IMG/VR virus record: IMGVR_UViG_2974520824_000001
Span: 7,539 to 71,538 of that record
Reading direction: 5' to 3' (one strand)
Source: a virus
Length of the DNA: 64,000 bases
Shown here piece by piece: positions 20,236 to 29,442 of the stretch. Both the position numbers and the translations under genes were made by a program. Positions within the stretch are counted from its first letter, which is position 1. Every line of letters begins with the position of its first letter. Under the pieces are notes generated by a model. It saw only the letters and a list, made by a program, of their open reading frames with translations, was not told where the DNA came from and searched no databases.

Positions 20236-20442
20236 TTGGAGTGCTATAGCTGCGGGACGATTCATGATTCGTTGTCGGAACAGGGATTCTGCAAGGAATG
20301 CCAGGCCGTTTACGATGAGGGAGTCGAGCGCGCAAAGAAAATCGAAGATCGTCATGACGAACTTGAAAAGGCAAGGGAGACAGGCGATTCCGATACAGTG
20401 GTGAAAATCGTCACTGAGATTGCACAGGAGGGTGTGGTCTAA
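20236..20442 (+). CDS. small zinc-ribbon-like protein
   Basis: TTG start 8 nt after AGGGAGG; CxxC...CxxC (CYSCG...CKEC). Confidence 0.4.
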   Translation: MECYSCGTIHDSLSEQGFCKECQAVYDEGVERAKKIEDRHDELEKARETGDSDTVVKIVTEIAQEGVV

Positions 20443-20784
20443 ATGGGATGGCCGGTAGGAACGAAGAACCAAACGCTGACTTACCTTGCGGGACTTGGTA
20501 ACTGGATTTCGCTGCATACTGCGGACCCCGGTACAACCGGCGCAAGTGAAGCCACCGGTGGTTCATATGCACGAAAGCAAACCGCTTGGGGCGCAGCCGC
20601 TTCCGCGCTCATCACAGGTTCGCAGGTGTCCTTTACAGGACTGATCGCAGCGGCGTACACTTACTTTGGGGTGTGGACCGCGAGCACAGCAGGCACATTC
20701 CTCTACGGATTCGCTTTGAGTCCTGGTGCGACACTGAATGGTTCGGGCGGTTTCAACGTGACGCCTTCAATTCCGTGGCCGTAA
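20443..20784 (+). CDS. hypothetical protein (Gly/Thr/Ala-rich)
   Basis: 113-aa ORF starting one nt after upstream stop. Confidence 0.4.
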   Translation: MGWPVGTKNQTLTYLAGLGNWISLHTADPGTTGASEATGGSYARKQTAWGAAASALITGSQVSFTGLIAAAYTYFGVWTASTAGTFLYGFALSPGATLNGSGGFNVTPSIPWP

Positions 20785-20798
20785 CCTGAAAGGACAAG

Positions 20799-22370
20799 AT
20801 GACTGAAAAGGTTCTACCTTACGACCGTTCCATAGTTCCGCAGGAAACGGGCTATTGGTGCGGTCCCGCTTCAACTCAGGTGATTCTCAATTCGCGTGGA
20901 ATCATTTGGAAAGAAAGCGATTTGGCGCGTGAAATCGGAACGACCACGCGAGGCACTGATTACGTTGGTTTGATCGAACGTGTCTTGGATCGTGTTACGC
21001 CCGATGCGAATTACACGTCGGTTTACACCGAACGCGATCCGATGACGAACGACCAGAAAGAAACGTTCTGGCGCAACATCGTTCAGTCAATCGATGGCGG
21101 TTACGGGGTAAGCACGAATATCGTTGCGCCACCGAACAATAAGCCGCGTGGAGTGCTCGGATCGGTTTCGCCGTCGTATAGCGGTGGGACCACCTATCAC
21201 TACATTGCCATCATGGGCTATCACATCGGAGACGATGGATTCCGCGCAGTTTGGGTGGCAGACAGTGGTTTTCGTCCGTTTGGCTACTGGTGTTCGTTCG
21301 ATCAAATGGCGACGTTGGTCCCGCCAAAGGGATACTGCTACGCCAACACTGGGCCGGTGGTTCCTCCGACTGCGCCCCAAATCGTCCCTGTCGCACTGTT
21401 TTCCAAGGCGATGGGCGATACGATTGGCCTTGACCAGTACGCGGCACTATTGCCGGGATTTGTCGATGCCTGCGAAAAGCTCGGTGTAACTGAGAACAAC
21501 GAAATTGCAATGCTCGCAGCACAATTCGGGCACGAATCCGTTGGTCTGAAATACATGCGTGAATTGTGGGGTCCGACTGCGGACCAACTCAACTACGATC
21601 ACATGATGGGTAATGGTCCCGGTGAAGGTCGAAAGTACCTGGGGCGCGGTCCAATTCAGGTCACTGGAAAGGACAATTACCGCGAGCTATCACGATGGGC
21701 GTTCGATCAGAAATACATCGATTCGCCAACGCTGTTCCTAGATCAACCAGAGTTGTTGGAACAGCCGCAATTTGGGTTCCTTGGTGCGGTTTGGTACATC
21801 AAGGTCAAACAACCTCGCTTCATGGAATACGCCAGGGCGGGGGACATTGAAAACGCATCGAAGGCGATTAACGCACCGGCCTGGATCGGTACGCAAAATC
21901 GTGCCCGAGGCATTGATGATCGAATTGCACGGTGGAACCGTTGCCGCGCAATGGATTTGATGCCGTTACTACGAGAGGAAGATGATCCATTGTCCGACCC
22001 GATTCTGGCGAAGCTGATTGGAGAAATCCACGGCGCGCTATTCAATCCGATTCCGTCTCTGTCGCGGTACAGGGAGGATTACGAGGGAAATGCCTTGACT
22101 ACCAAGGATATTCCTCGCAACGTTGACAAGTTCAGTCATGAGGAATGGACCGAAACAGCGGCCATTCGTGGCAATCCCAAGGCCGTAAAGATGGTGGCGC
22201 GCAATGCTTCTCGTGGTGATTCAATGGCTATGGACGTGTTTGCCCGGATTCCTGCGGAGACGCTTGCTGCCAACGGAATCGACAGTGCCGCAGTCAAATC
22301 CGGCTACGACAAGTCCCAAGCCGAAGACCCCAATCGTTCGGTCTTCGCACTACCCCCGAAGGGAAATTGA
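20799..22370 (+). CDS. lysA: endolysin (lysin A): N-terminal Cys-peptidase-like domain + GH19 glycoside hydrolase domain
   Basis: GYWCGPAS motif (papain/C39-like catalytic Cys context); GH19 signature-like YLGRGPIQVTGKDNY; AAGGACAAGATG RBS. Confidence 0.8.
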   Translation: MTEKVLPYDRSIVPQETGYWCGPASTQVILNSRGIIWKESDLAREIGTTTRGTDYVGLIERVLDRVTPDANYTSVYTERDPMTNDQKETFWRNIVQSIDGGYGVSTNIVAPPNNKPRGVLGSVSPSYSGGTTYHYIAIMGYHIGDDGFRAVWVADSGFRPFGYWCSFDQMATLVPPKGYCYANTGPVVPPTAPQIVPVALFSKAMGDTIGLDQYAALLPGFVDACEKLGVTENNEIAMLAAQFGHESVGLKYMRELWGPTADQLNYDHMMGNGPGEGRKYLGRGPIQVTGKDNYRELSRWAFDQKYIDSPTLFLDQPELLEQPQFGFLGAVWYIKVKQPRFMEYARAGDIENASKAINAPAWIGTQNRARGIDDRIARWNRCRAMDLMPLLREEDDPLSDPILAKLIGEIHGALFNPIPSLSRYREDYEGNALTTKDIPRNVDKFSHEEWTETAAIRGNPKAVKMVARNASRGDSMAMDVFARIPAETLAANGIDSAAVKSGYDKSQAEDPNRSVFALPPKGN

Positions 22371-22371
22371 A

Positions 22372-22833
22372 ATGGCTGAAACCACAACGGAGACAACCGA
22401 ATCCGGCGTGTTGAATTTTCTCAAGGTCAATGCCAAGGCCGTTGTTGCGTTTGTTGTCGGCGTCATTCTGAATGCCGTCAATGACGTTATCAGCGGTAAG
22501 GCTCCGTGGCCGACCTCGCTGGCCGATTGGGGTCGGTATCTCGGTACGAGTTTGATTGGCGCAGTTGTTGTTTGGGCAACCGGCAACAAGCTGACCGAAA
22601 AGCAGATCGTGAATGCTGCTGTGAAGCAAGGCGTTACAGTAGTGACCAACACCGCAATTGATGCTGCTGCTAGCGCGGCTCAAAACACGGTGGAACAGGC
22701 CACTTCCGTATTGCCGCAGCCCGCCGCAGAAGTGGTAAACAATGTGGCACAACAGGTTTCGACCACCGTTACCAATGTTTTGAAGGGAGTCGCGAACAAC
22801 TTCGATGACGTCTTGCCGGAATTCCACCGGTGA
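22372..22833 (+). CDS. holin-like membrane protein (2 predicted TM segments)
   Basis: ATG 1 nt after lysA stop; hydrophobic stretches AVVAFVVGVILNAV and YLGTSLIGAVVVWATG; track ORF 22204 extends upstream across lysA and was not used. Confidence 0.45.
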   Translation: MAETTTETTESGVLNFLKVNAKAVVAFVVGVILNAVNDVISGKAPWPTSLADWGRYLGTSLIGAVVVWATGNKLTEKQIVNAAVKQGVTVVTNTAIDAAASAAQNTVEQATSVLPQPAAEVVNNVAQQVSTTVTNVLKGVANNFDDVLPEFHR

Positions 22834-23330
22834 TTCATCGATGGCTACAGAAGCTACGAAAGCGATTGCCGCCCAAGTGGTTTCTTAAGCCCACACGCCT
22901 AGACCACGGTCGCATGTATATGTGTGTGACCGTGGGTCTTTGGCTGTTTGCGTTGTCCCTCATGATAATTGGGCCAACGCGGTCGTCCAGCCTTTCAGAC
23001 CTCAACATTCTCACTCAAAAGGCAGTGGGATTTGTGATGTTCGTCGGAACCACGATGAAGATTCACGGATTCCTTTCTGGCACAAGAGTTTTGATGCCTA
23101 AACGTGACCTGAGAGATTCGTACCTGCAAGCACTTTGGGCGATCCTCGCGACCAACATCGGTCTAGTCATTTACATCTTCTCGCTGTTCAATGCCTATGG
23201 GTGGAAGACACTTTCAACGTTTGGTGTCATTGGTGCAACGATGGTGGCCGGAGCGATCTGGAATGCCTGGGATTTCAGCAACGAAATCGATAGGCTAAAT
23301 GAGGCTGTCGGAGGTACCACGTTGAAATGA
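22830..23330 (+). CDS. membrane protein, about 4 TM helices (second holin-like candidate)
   Basis: Four hydrophobic segments (e.g. LWAILATNIGLVIYIFSLF); ATGA-type overlap. Confidence 0.5.
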   Translation: MIHRWLQKLRKRLPPKWFLKPTRLDHGRMYMCVTVGLWLFALSLMIIGPTRSSSLSDLNILTQKAVGFVMFVGTTMKIHGFLSGTRVLMPKRDLRDSYLQALWAILATNIGLVIYIFSLFNAYGWKTLSTFGVIGATMVAGAIWNAWDFSNEIDRLNEAVGGTTLK

Positions 23331-23791
23331 AAGAGTATCTAGAAGGCGCGGCAATCGTTGTGGCAGCACTAGTTTCGTTGGCCGGTGCTTACATTTCGAT
23401 TCGGAACAGGAAGACCGATACCAAAAAGGTCGAATCCGAAACGAATCTCAATGAGGCGCAACAGGCTTCAATCGTCAAGCAACTAGCCAATTCAACTGAG
23501 GAAATGTACCTCAAGCGGATCGACTCGTTCAAAGACGATATTAAGCTGTTGCGGGATGAACTGAGGACCGTTCGTGAAGACCATCGCAAGGAGATTGATT
23601 CTGCGAGAAAGGAATTGGCTGAGGTCCGTGATGAGGCTGCCCTCCTAGAGGAATATTTCTTTCAGCACCACGTCCCGTGGGATCGGGAGGCCGCTAGGGA
23701 GATTCAGAAAACGAATCCCCAGTTTCCGGAACCGCCCTCGTGGCTAATCTTCTTGCGCGGCAAGCAAAAAGAAAAGGGAGAGAGTGAATAA
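23327..23791 (+). CDS. membrane-anchored coiled-coil protein
   Basis: N-terminal TM (AAIVVAALVSLAGAYISI) then charged heptad-rich region; ATGA overlap upstream. Confidence 0.45.
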   Translation: MKEYLEGAAIVVAALVSLAGAYISIRNRKTDTKKVESETNLNEAQQASIVKQLANSTEEMYLKRIDSFKDDIKLLRDELRTVREDHRKEIDSARKELAEVRDEAALLEEYFFQHHVPWDREAAREIQKTNPQFPEPPSWLIFLRGKQKEKGESE

Positions 23792-24123
23792 TGGCTAGTC
23801 CAGAGCAGGAAATTCAAGGCAAGCTAGACGGTCGCGATCCGAATACGCCGAACTATCTGGCGTTGCCGTATCGTGGTGTGTCCCTTTATCGTTCGGTCGA
23901 ATTGGGTCAATCGACTGTCGTGCGCCCCGCCGGTGCTGATCCTGGTAAGAAGCCTGGCGAATTGTGGTGGACGACAAGCACTTTGGATGAGGTAACGGTC
24001 ATGGCCGAAATCCTCACGAATAAGTACCACGGCCAAACGATTTGGAACATGATTACCGGCTTGTTTGCGGTAGTCGTGGAAGGCAAGTCACCCGAAGACG
24101 TGCGAAAGGCATTGAGCCTGTGA
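23791..24123 (+). CDS. hypothetical protein
   Basis: 110-aa ORF, ATG overlapping upstream TAA. Confidence 0.4.
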   Translation: MASPEQEIQGKLDGRDPNTPNYLALPYRGVSLYRSVELGQSTVVRPAGADPGKKPGELWWTTSTLDEVTVMAEILTNKYHGQTIWNMITGLFAVVVEGKSPEDVRKALSL

Positions 24124-24926
24124 GTCTTTGGGACGTTGTAGCCAAGCTTGATGGAAAAGAGTTCGTCAAGCGACAGATTTACAACATGGCCGGTACTTCG
24201 GCAAATTGGGATACGCCGACTGATCCGACCAATGTTGTAGCTTCGGCAGCAGACCCGAGATACTATGACCGCCAAGGGATTTGGTATCCGGCGAAGGCTG
24301 TTCCGATGGGACCGTCTGTTGACCAAGGCACCGCTGAGCACTTGCGGTTGCTTCGGCTCAAACCGCCCCGAAAGCGTTGGGTTGGAGTGTATTACAGCCA
24401 ATCCGGCATCGTGGCATACGAGGTCTACGAAGCAATCAAGGGTTCTGATTTGGATGAAACCCTTGATGCCATGCTGATTTTCGGCCCGCCCTGTCGTGCA
24501 AAGGGTGTCGCTCGCGGAAATGAATACGCGGGATGGGAAATGCCGCACCCGAATTCACGCGGCATTGCTGATCGACACTTCCCTGCCGACGAAAAGCGGG
24601 TCTATGATTTCGTCCGTCGCGGTGACATGTACGCCGAGGTTGACGATTCAGACGCCGGTGAAGACATGACGATGGTCTTCAATGTCGTTCAAGACCCGAA
24701 AGCCCTTGTGGCAGGCACTGATTCGGCACTGGAACAGGTGACCGAAATTTTCACGTCTCCCCTCAAGGAAATCCCGTCTGCGGCAAAGGCGATTTGGAAC
24801 GGCCTAACGTTCCTGACGGCGAAAAACCCTCAGGGACAAGTCGTTCCGACCTACCCGCACATTTCGTATGACCCTCAACCGGCCATCCGATTGGTGAACG
24901 AGATTGGAGAAAAGTGGGCAGCGTAA
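24120..24926 (+). CDS. lysB: lysin B-like esterase (cutinase-like)
   Basis: GTG start in GTGA overlap with upstream stop; GVYYSQSG resembles cutinase/LysB G-Y-S-Q-G nucleophile motif; position after lysA. Confidence 0.5.
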   Translation: MSLWDVVAKLDGKEFVKRQIYNMAGTSANWDTPTDPTNVVASAADPRYYDRQGIWYPAKAVPMGPSVDQGTAEHLRLLRLKPPRKRWVGVYYSQSGIVAYEVYEAIKGSDLDETLDAMLIFGPPCRAKGVARGNEYAGWEMPHPNSRGIADRHFPADEKRVYDFVRRGDMYAEVDDSDAGEDMTMVFNVVQDPKALVAGTDSALEQVTEIFTSPLKEIPSAAKAIWNGLTFLTAKNPQGQVVPTYPHISYDPQPAIRLVNEIGEKWAA

Positions 24927-25156
24927 TCGTCTACGGTCGTGAAGGTTGCTATCAATGCAAAGCGACCGTGAAAGCTCTTGATAAGAGCCACATTCCGCAT
25001 GAGTACAAGCATATCGATGAGGCACCCGAATCCCACCGGGCGGGGGTCGCTTCGTTGCCGATTGTTGTTGCGGGAGAACAGAAGTGGGGCGGTTTCCGTC
25101 CTGATCGGATCAAAGAGCTTGCTGAAACACCAAAGCAGGTGATGCGCAGTGAATAA
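24914..25156 (+). CDS. nrdH: NrdH-like glutaredoxin / redoxin
   Basis: 80 aa with CYQC active-site motif near N-terminus, thioredoxin-fold-like spacing. Confidence 0.6.
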   Translation: MGSVIVYGREGCYQCKATVKALDKSHIPHEYKHIDEAPESHRAGVASLPIVVAGEQKWGGFRPDRIKELAETPKQVMRSE

Positions 25157-25290
25157 GCAAGTGGAGCAACAACTTTCACTCTTTGGTCTGAAACCCACGG
25201 CCAAGATGAACCGAGAGCCGGTCGGACAGTTGTCAATTGAAGTGCTGGAACTGTCCGAGTCGCCAAAGCAGATGATGCAGGAGAATCATC

Positions 25291-25830
25291 GTGACCGAAC
25301 CGGCTGAAATCGAAAGCGTCCCTTTGCAACCCGCAGCCATCGGGCTGAATATGGACCCTGAAACTGCCTCGTATGTCGGCATGTTGGAGGGAACCATTGC
25401 GGCACTTGTGATTTCGGACGTGAAGAACCGCACCCTGTTGGAGCTTCTGACCGGCGATGGCTGGGAGGCAGCGCGAGTCGATTTCAATGGGGATGCCCTT
25501 ATCGGGCTTGCTGTTTCGGCGCTCGTCAAACAAACCGGAATGTCGACGGCCAACGCGAAAATCCTCGTAATGAAGCGTTGGGCCGAAAGAAACCATCCTG
25601 CCGATTACATCATTCCGCAGGCGGTATCGATTGACCAAATGACCGGCAACGTGCCCACCAGTGGGCAAGATGTCCCGGCCATGTCCGAGCGCGTGAAGGC
25701 ATGGCGAGCTAAGCAGCAAGCCGAAATTGCCGAATTGTCAAGTGCCGCAACAGATTCCGCTAGCGAAACCCCAAGCGGCGCAAGCGATTTGGAGAAGCAA
25801 GCGGAAACTGGCACGAACGTACCAGAGTAG
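25291..25830 (+). CDS. hypothetical protein (last gene of late operon); contains palindrome copy 1
   Basis: GTG start after GCAGGAGAATCATC; 179 aa. Confidence 0.45.
   Translation: MTEPAEIESVPLQPAAIGLNMDPETASYVGMLEGTIAALVISDVKNRTLLELLTGDGWEAARVDFNGDALIGLAVSALVKQTGMSTANAKILVMKRWAERNHPADYIIPQAVSIDQMTGNVPTSGQDVPAMSERVKAWRAKQQAEIAELSSAATDSASETPSGASDLEKQAETGTNVPE
25652..25667. repeat. 16-bp palindrome copy 1 (TGCCCACCAGTGGGCA), inside CDS, encodes PTSG
   Basis: Exact palindrome seen in sequence. Confidence 0.8.
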
Positions 25831-25847
25831 TACAACTGAATCTGATT

Positions 25848-25899
25848 GCGCGGCAAGGGTTTTCGATCACTGAATTCCCTTGTCGCGCTTTCGTTTCCG
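25848..25899 (+). terminator. putative factor-independent terminator of late operon
   Basis: GCGCGGCAAGGG...CCCTTGTCGCGC 12-bp stem (one G-U) followed by TTTCGTTTCC. Confidence 0.45.
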
Positions 25900-27347
25900 T
25901 GAAAGCGGACTAGGGTCCGGTATTGTGTAGAACTTGACAGGTGTCAATTTTGAAACCCTAACTGTTGCAAAGGATTTCAAATCTGAAAAACGTTGCAGCA
26001 CAAGGCTTTTCGGCCAAAGTTAGTTAACGGCCATTCACTTTTCGGTTTGGGCACCGGACTGTAGTCCGCTTAGGCTGTAGCAAACAGATTATGTCAACCT
26101 AAACGGAACGTGCGTTCTGATCGCCTGTTTTCGCTGGTCAGCGACCTAATTTGGAGGGTGTGAGATAGGTCACACTTTCCAGCAAACTGATGTTTTCCCT
26201 GCATCTACCTGGGTTTTTGGTATAGTGGTGGTTGAAGTGTGTTTATTGAACACATGGTGATTGAAAACTACATAGCGGGTGACGAGCGAACTACTTGGAT
26301 AGTTCGATGCCACGCGAAACGCGCTCGGATTCGACAATGGAAATTTTCCTAGAATCGCAACAGTGAGCCACGCCGCCGGGTATCGATACAAAGTGTGTGT
26401 GAGTGAAAAGCCAACGATGTGGGCGGCCGGATCGAAACACGCGAACACGTATTCCAAGCAAGCGTTGCAAGTGAGCCGAGAACTCATTAGCTTACGAAGT
26501 ACCGATCAGGAGACGTGCGACAATGGCACTGATTGAATCGCGAACCGGATAGTCACCCGCTATGCAGTACAGGCCAGCACCACGGCCAGACAACTAGATA
26601 CGAGGAAACGCGAAAGTTGGCTAATACCAGCAACTTTCACGGAGTATCCGTATCGAATAGTGTACCGCTGCAAGGGTTTTCAAAGACCGGAGTTAGCGCG
26701 TAGTGTTCATCCGGCGATAACGGAGAGACAACCGGAGTCCGCATAGCGGCCCGCCGATCAGGGGACACCCTTTGACCTGAGACTACGTGTGAAATATGGC
26801 ACCCTGAGCAGCGCAATCGAATCGGTGAAAACGTTTGGTGCTGGCACGTTCTGACGATTCGATTGGTGTTCGGTAGGTTCCTACAATTGATAAGACCTGT
26901 TCAGTCAGGCCCAATCCCTAGTCCTACCAACACATTCCATCCATCCTCGGTACAGGGGTTTTCCTCTGTACCAACAGATTTCACGAACAGATAACCGCTG
27001 GTCGTGGCGTCCGTTGGTGCAGGTGGCAGGCTTAGAAATATGGCACGTCCGTATTGGTACCTGGCTGGAACGTAGAAAAGAGTGACCCCGTCTCCGCTAC
27101 TATAATAAGGCGATTTTTCAAAAGTGTCTCAGATTGGCTCTCAGGCCCGGGAATGGGCTTTTGACCAGGACTTTTGTAGGGCATCTCCCAGGACGTGACC
27201 AGGCCGGTACGCGCCAGTACCACACCAAATGGCTTCCCAGACATACGGTTTGGGATTTTGGATTGAAACCTGTTGTGCGGCAACGCATTTCGGGCAGGCA
27301 TCCAAACGAAAGACCTTGCGCTGCAAGGCAATCCGAGAGGATAGGGA

Positions 27348-27485
27348 ATGAAGTTTGCGGTCTGCACTGCTAGCGGCAACGTCCTGGCACGTTTCGGAAA
27401 CGTGACGTGGGCACGTCGTTTTGCGCGTGAGAACAAACCGTGTGTTTTGTGGAATACCAAGACAAACAAGCAACTTCGCTTCTGA
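27348..27485 (+). CDS. small hypothetical protein (45 aa), first gene carrying the conserved GAGAGGAT leader
   Basis: ATG preceded by CCGAGAGGATAGGGA; not in ORF track (<60 aa); ends 10 nt before first tRNA-like element. Confidence 0.35.
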   Translation: MKFAVCTASGNVLARFGNVTWARRFARENKPCVLWNTKTNKQLRF

Positions 27486-27495
27486 GAGCAGTAAG

Positions 27496-27539
27496 GCCCG
27501 CAACGGTTTTCAACGTAGGTTCGATTCCTACGGCGGGTA
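27496..27539 (+). ncRNA. tRNA-like top-half element U1 (acceptor stem + T-arm, no anticodon arm)
   Basis: GCCCGC-AACGGTTTTCAAC-GTAGGTTCGATTCCTAC-GCGGGT-ACG; perfect T-loop TTCGATT. Confidence 0.5.
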
Positions 27540-27568
27540 CGTTATAGCGAAACACGCTATATGAGAGG

Positions 27569-27763
27569 ATGATTCAAATGGCGTTGAATCGTGAGCAGAA
27601 GAAAATGCTCGGAGATGCGGCGTTCGGCAAGGCAATCCAATTGGTCGAATTCTTCGGTGAAGACGAGACCACGGAAGCTCTTGCCGCACAAGGCATTAAA
27701 CCCAGCGAGGCGCGAGAGCAAATCGAAATCTGGTTCTCCAAGATTCCATCGACGTACAAGTAA
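27569..27763 (+). CDS. hypothetical small protein (cassette gene 1)
   Basis: Leader TGAGAGGATGATTCAAATG; consensus alignment suggests true start at second ATG 27578. Confidence 0.45.
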   Translation: MIQMALNREQKKMLGDAAFGKAIQLVEFFGEDETTEALAAQGIKPSEAREQIEIWFSKIPSTYK

Positions 27764-27775
27764 TGAATCACGTTC

Positions 27776-27828
27776 GGGCACAACGGTTTCCGCGCTAGCG
27801 GGCGGGGGTTCGATTCCCCCGGTGCCTA
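27776..27828 (+). ncRNA. tRNA-like top-half element U2
   Basis: GGGCAC-AACGGTTTCC(GCGCTAGCGG)-GGGGGTTCGATTCCCCC-GTGCCT-ACA; extra mini-hairpin in linker. Confidence 0.5.
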
Positions 27829-27863
27829 CAATGCACCAAATCGGTTGCAGGAGAGGATGAATC

Positions 27864-28157
27864 ATGGCTGACATCAAAGCACGCAATCGAATCTGCACCA
27901 ATTGCCAGGTCGATGTGGACGTGCGCCAATGTGATTGCAACGCAAGGGTTACCACGCTGATTTCGTGGGACTGCACACGTTGCGGCACAGAGGTTGTCAC
28001 CAGCGGCGGTCACGACGTTGATTGCCGCAAATGTGGTGCTTGCTACAACGGTTCAGGCCAACGTCTCCGCGACGATTGGCGTTCCAATCCTTCGGTCTAC
28101 GATGACGAAATCGGAGATATGGAAGGGTACGAATTGCAGCACGCGAACGATTGGTGA
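27864..28157 (+). CDS. Cys-rich small protein (putative zinc-binding)
   Basis: Leader GCAGGAGAGGATGAATCATG; CTNC...CDC...CTRC...CRKCGAC motifs. Confidence 0.5.
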   Translation: MADIKARNRICTNCQVDVDVRQCDCNARVTTLISWDCTRCGTEVVTSGGHDVDCRKCGACYNGSGQRLRDDWRSNPSVYDDEIGDMEGYELQHANDW

Positions 28158-28170
28158 CGTAATCACCGGA

Positions 28171-28211
28171 GGGACAACGGTTTTCGGGTAGGTTCGATTC
28201 CTACCGTCCCA
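28171..28211 (+). ncRNA. tRNA-like top-half element U3
   Basis: GGGAC-AACGGTTTTCG-GGTAGGTTCGATTCCTACC-GTCCC-ACG; preceded by hairpin GGTGACGTAATCACC. Confidence 0.5.
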
Positions 28212-28250
28212 CGCTTCAACCAAATCGGTTGGCAGAGAGGGTGGTTCACG

Positions 28251-28490
28251 ATGTCTGATTATTCCTTTCACATCGAAGTCACTGACACGACAGTGGCTTA
28301 CGAGTGTGAGGCAGACCGGGCAGAACGTGAGGGATTCGACAACGTGGCGAAACGTCAACGTGCAATTGCTTTGCACTTGAAGAACGCATACGAACACATG
28401 CGCGACATTTGCCCCGAAGGTTACCGGGTCGAAACGAAAATCGTTGTCTCACATGTCCCTAACGTCAACCCTGTTCTGAATAGACGCTGA
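28251..28490 (+). CDS. hypothetical small protein
   Basis: Leader CAGAGAGGGTGGTTCACGATG after hairpin CCAAATCGGTTGG. Confidence 0.45.
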   Translation: MSDYSFHIEVTDTTVAYECEADRAEREGFDNVAKRQRAIALHLKNAYEHMRDICPEGYRVETKIVVSHVPNVNPVLNRR

Positions 28491-28499
28491 ATCATGGTG

Positions 28500-28541
28500 G
28501 GCCGGAACGGTATTAGGTGGGTTCAACTCCCACCCCGGCTA
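28500..28541 (+). ncRNA. tRNA-like top-half element U4
   Basis: GGCCGG-AACGGTATTAG-GTGGGTTCAACTCCCAC-CCGGCT-ACA; acceptor stem identical to U7. Confidence 0.45.
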
Positions 28542-28577
28542 CAATGCGACGAAATACGTTGCAGGAGAGGATGGTTC

Positions 28578-29357
28578 ATGATGAACGACGATCTGGCTTA
28601 CGTGGCTAAGTGCTGCTTTCATTCCTCTGACGATCACAACCCCATTGGTGGTTGGGACGCCGGTTACTGCTCTGGAAACAGTTGCGGTTGCGAGGAATTG
28701 AGCGATGAGCGCGCCACGGTGCTTGAGGTCTTGAATCATGAGTACGGAACCGCTTTGACTGCAAGCGATTTGGAATACAAAAACGACGTTCCTCGTGAAT
28801 GGTCACACATTCTCAAGCTTGGACCGTATGGTCGGAATCTCGTAATCGACTTGACCAGCGCACGCGATGTGCATGGTTACGATGACGCGCTGACGACCTC
28901 CAATTACGAAGTCCTGCAAGAGAATTGGAAAGGCTACGACGCACTATGCGACGGTGGCTACTCCAATTGCTATTCCATTGGCCTGCAATTCGATGAGGCA
29001 TCCCCCGCCGATCTGGTTTCCACGGTCAAGTCTCTGGAAGACTATCCCGCACTTGATGATTCGCGAATGAGCGAGCTTGAGTGGGAATGGATTACAGAGC
29101 AGTGGAGCGACCACGGCATTCAGGATGCTCGAATCAAGCTGTCGGAGTTGCTATCTCACGATGGCAAGACGCGGTTTGAAATCGAATTGCCTGACGGTGA
29201 TTGGTTCGATGAGATGATTCGGGCCGACATCTTCGGTGACGATTCAAACGTTCCGTACTACGAATCGGGCGGCGGCGCTGTGTATCCCATTGACGAAATC
29301 CTTTCGGACAGTGCGACACTCGCCAAGTACGGTTCAATACTGTTTGCCCTGGTCTAA
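28578..29357 (+). CDS. hypothetical acidic protein (259 aa)
   Basis: Leader GCAGGAGAGGATGGTTCATGATG; in-frame ATG 28578 chosen over upstream track start 28494, which would read through U4. Confidence 0.5.
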   Translation: MMNDDLAYVAKCCFHSSDDHNPIGGWDAGYCSGNSCGCEELSDERATVLEVLNHEYGTALTASDLEYKNDVPREWSHILKLGPYGRNLVIDLTSARDVHGYDDALTTSNYEVLQENWKGYDALCDGGYSNCYSIGLQFDEASPADLVSTVKSLEDYPALDDSRMSELEWEWITEQWSDHGIQDARIKLSELLSHDGKTRFEIELPDGDWFDEMIRADIFGDDSNVPYYESGGGAVYPIDEILSDSATLAKYGSILFALV

Positions 29358-29366
29358 AGGGCAGGA

Positions 29367-29407
29367 GCGCCAACGGTTTTCGGTGAGGTTCGATTCCTCA
29401 CGGCGCA
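29367..29407 (+). ncRNA. tRNA-like top-half element U5
   Basis: GCGCC-AACGGTTTTCG-GTGAGGTTCGATTCCTCAC-GGCGC-ACG. Confidence 0.5.
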
Positions 29408-29442
29408 CGTATCCCAAACGGGAAACAAGAGAGGATGGAACA

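Noticed and set aside
22204-22833. Track ORF starting at 22204, which would give a 209-aa protein overlapping lysA by 167 nt
   Set aside because: ATG 22372 sits 1 nt after the lysA stop and gives a compact 2-TM holin-like protein. The upstream extension reads through the lysA 3' end in another frame.
24042-24926. Track start ATG 24042 for the lysB-like gene
   Set aside because: It would overlap the upstream gene by 82 nt. GTG 24120 gives the GTGA coupling pattern used throughout the genome.
26170-27469. Minus-strand ORFs 26170-26487 and 27032-27469 in the non-coding region
   Set aside because: No RBS and an improbable amino-acid composition. The region is better explained as regulatory/RNA-coding. 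27032-27469 overlaps the + strand micro-gene 27348-27485 and its leader.
28494-29357. Upstream-extended starts of track ORFs 28494, 29236, 30385, 31108, 31488, 32815, 33424 and 35583
   Set aside because: Each extension reads through a tRNA-like element and the conserved leader. The in-frame start directly after the leader's GAGAGGATGG fits the pattern shared by all cassettes.
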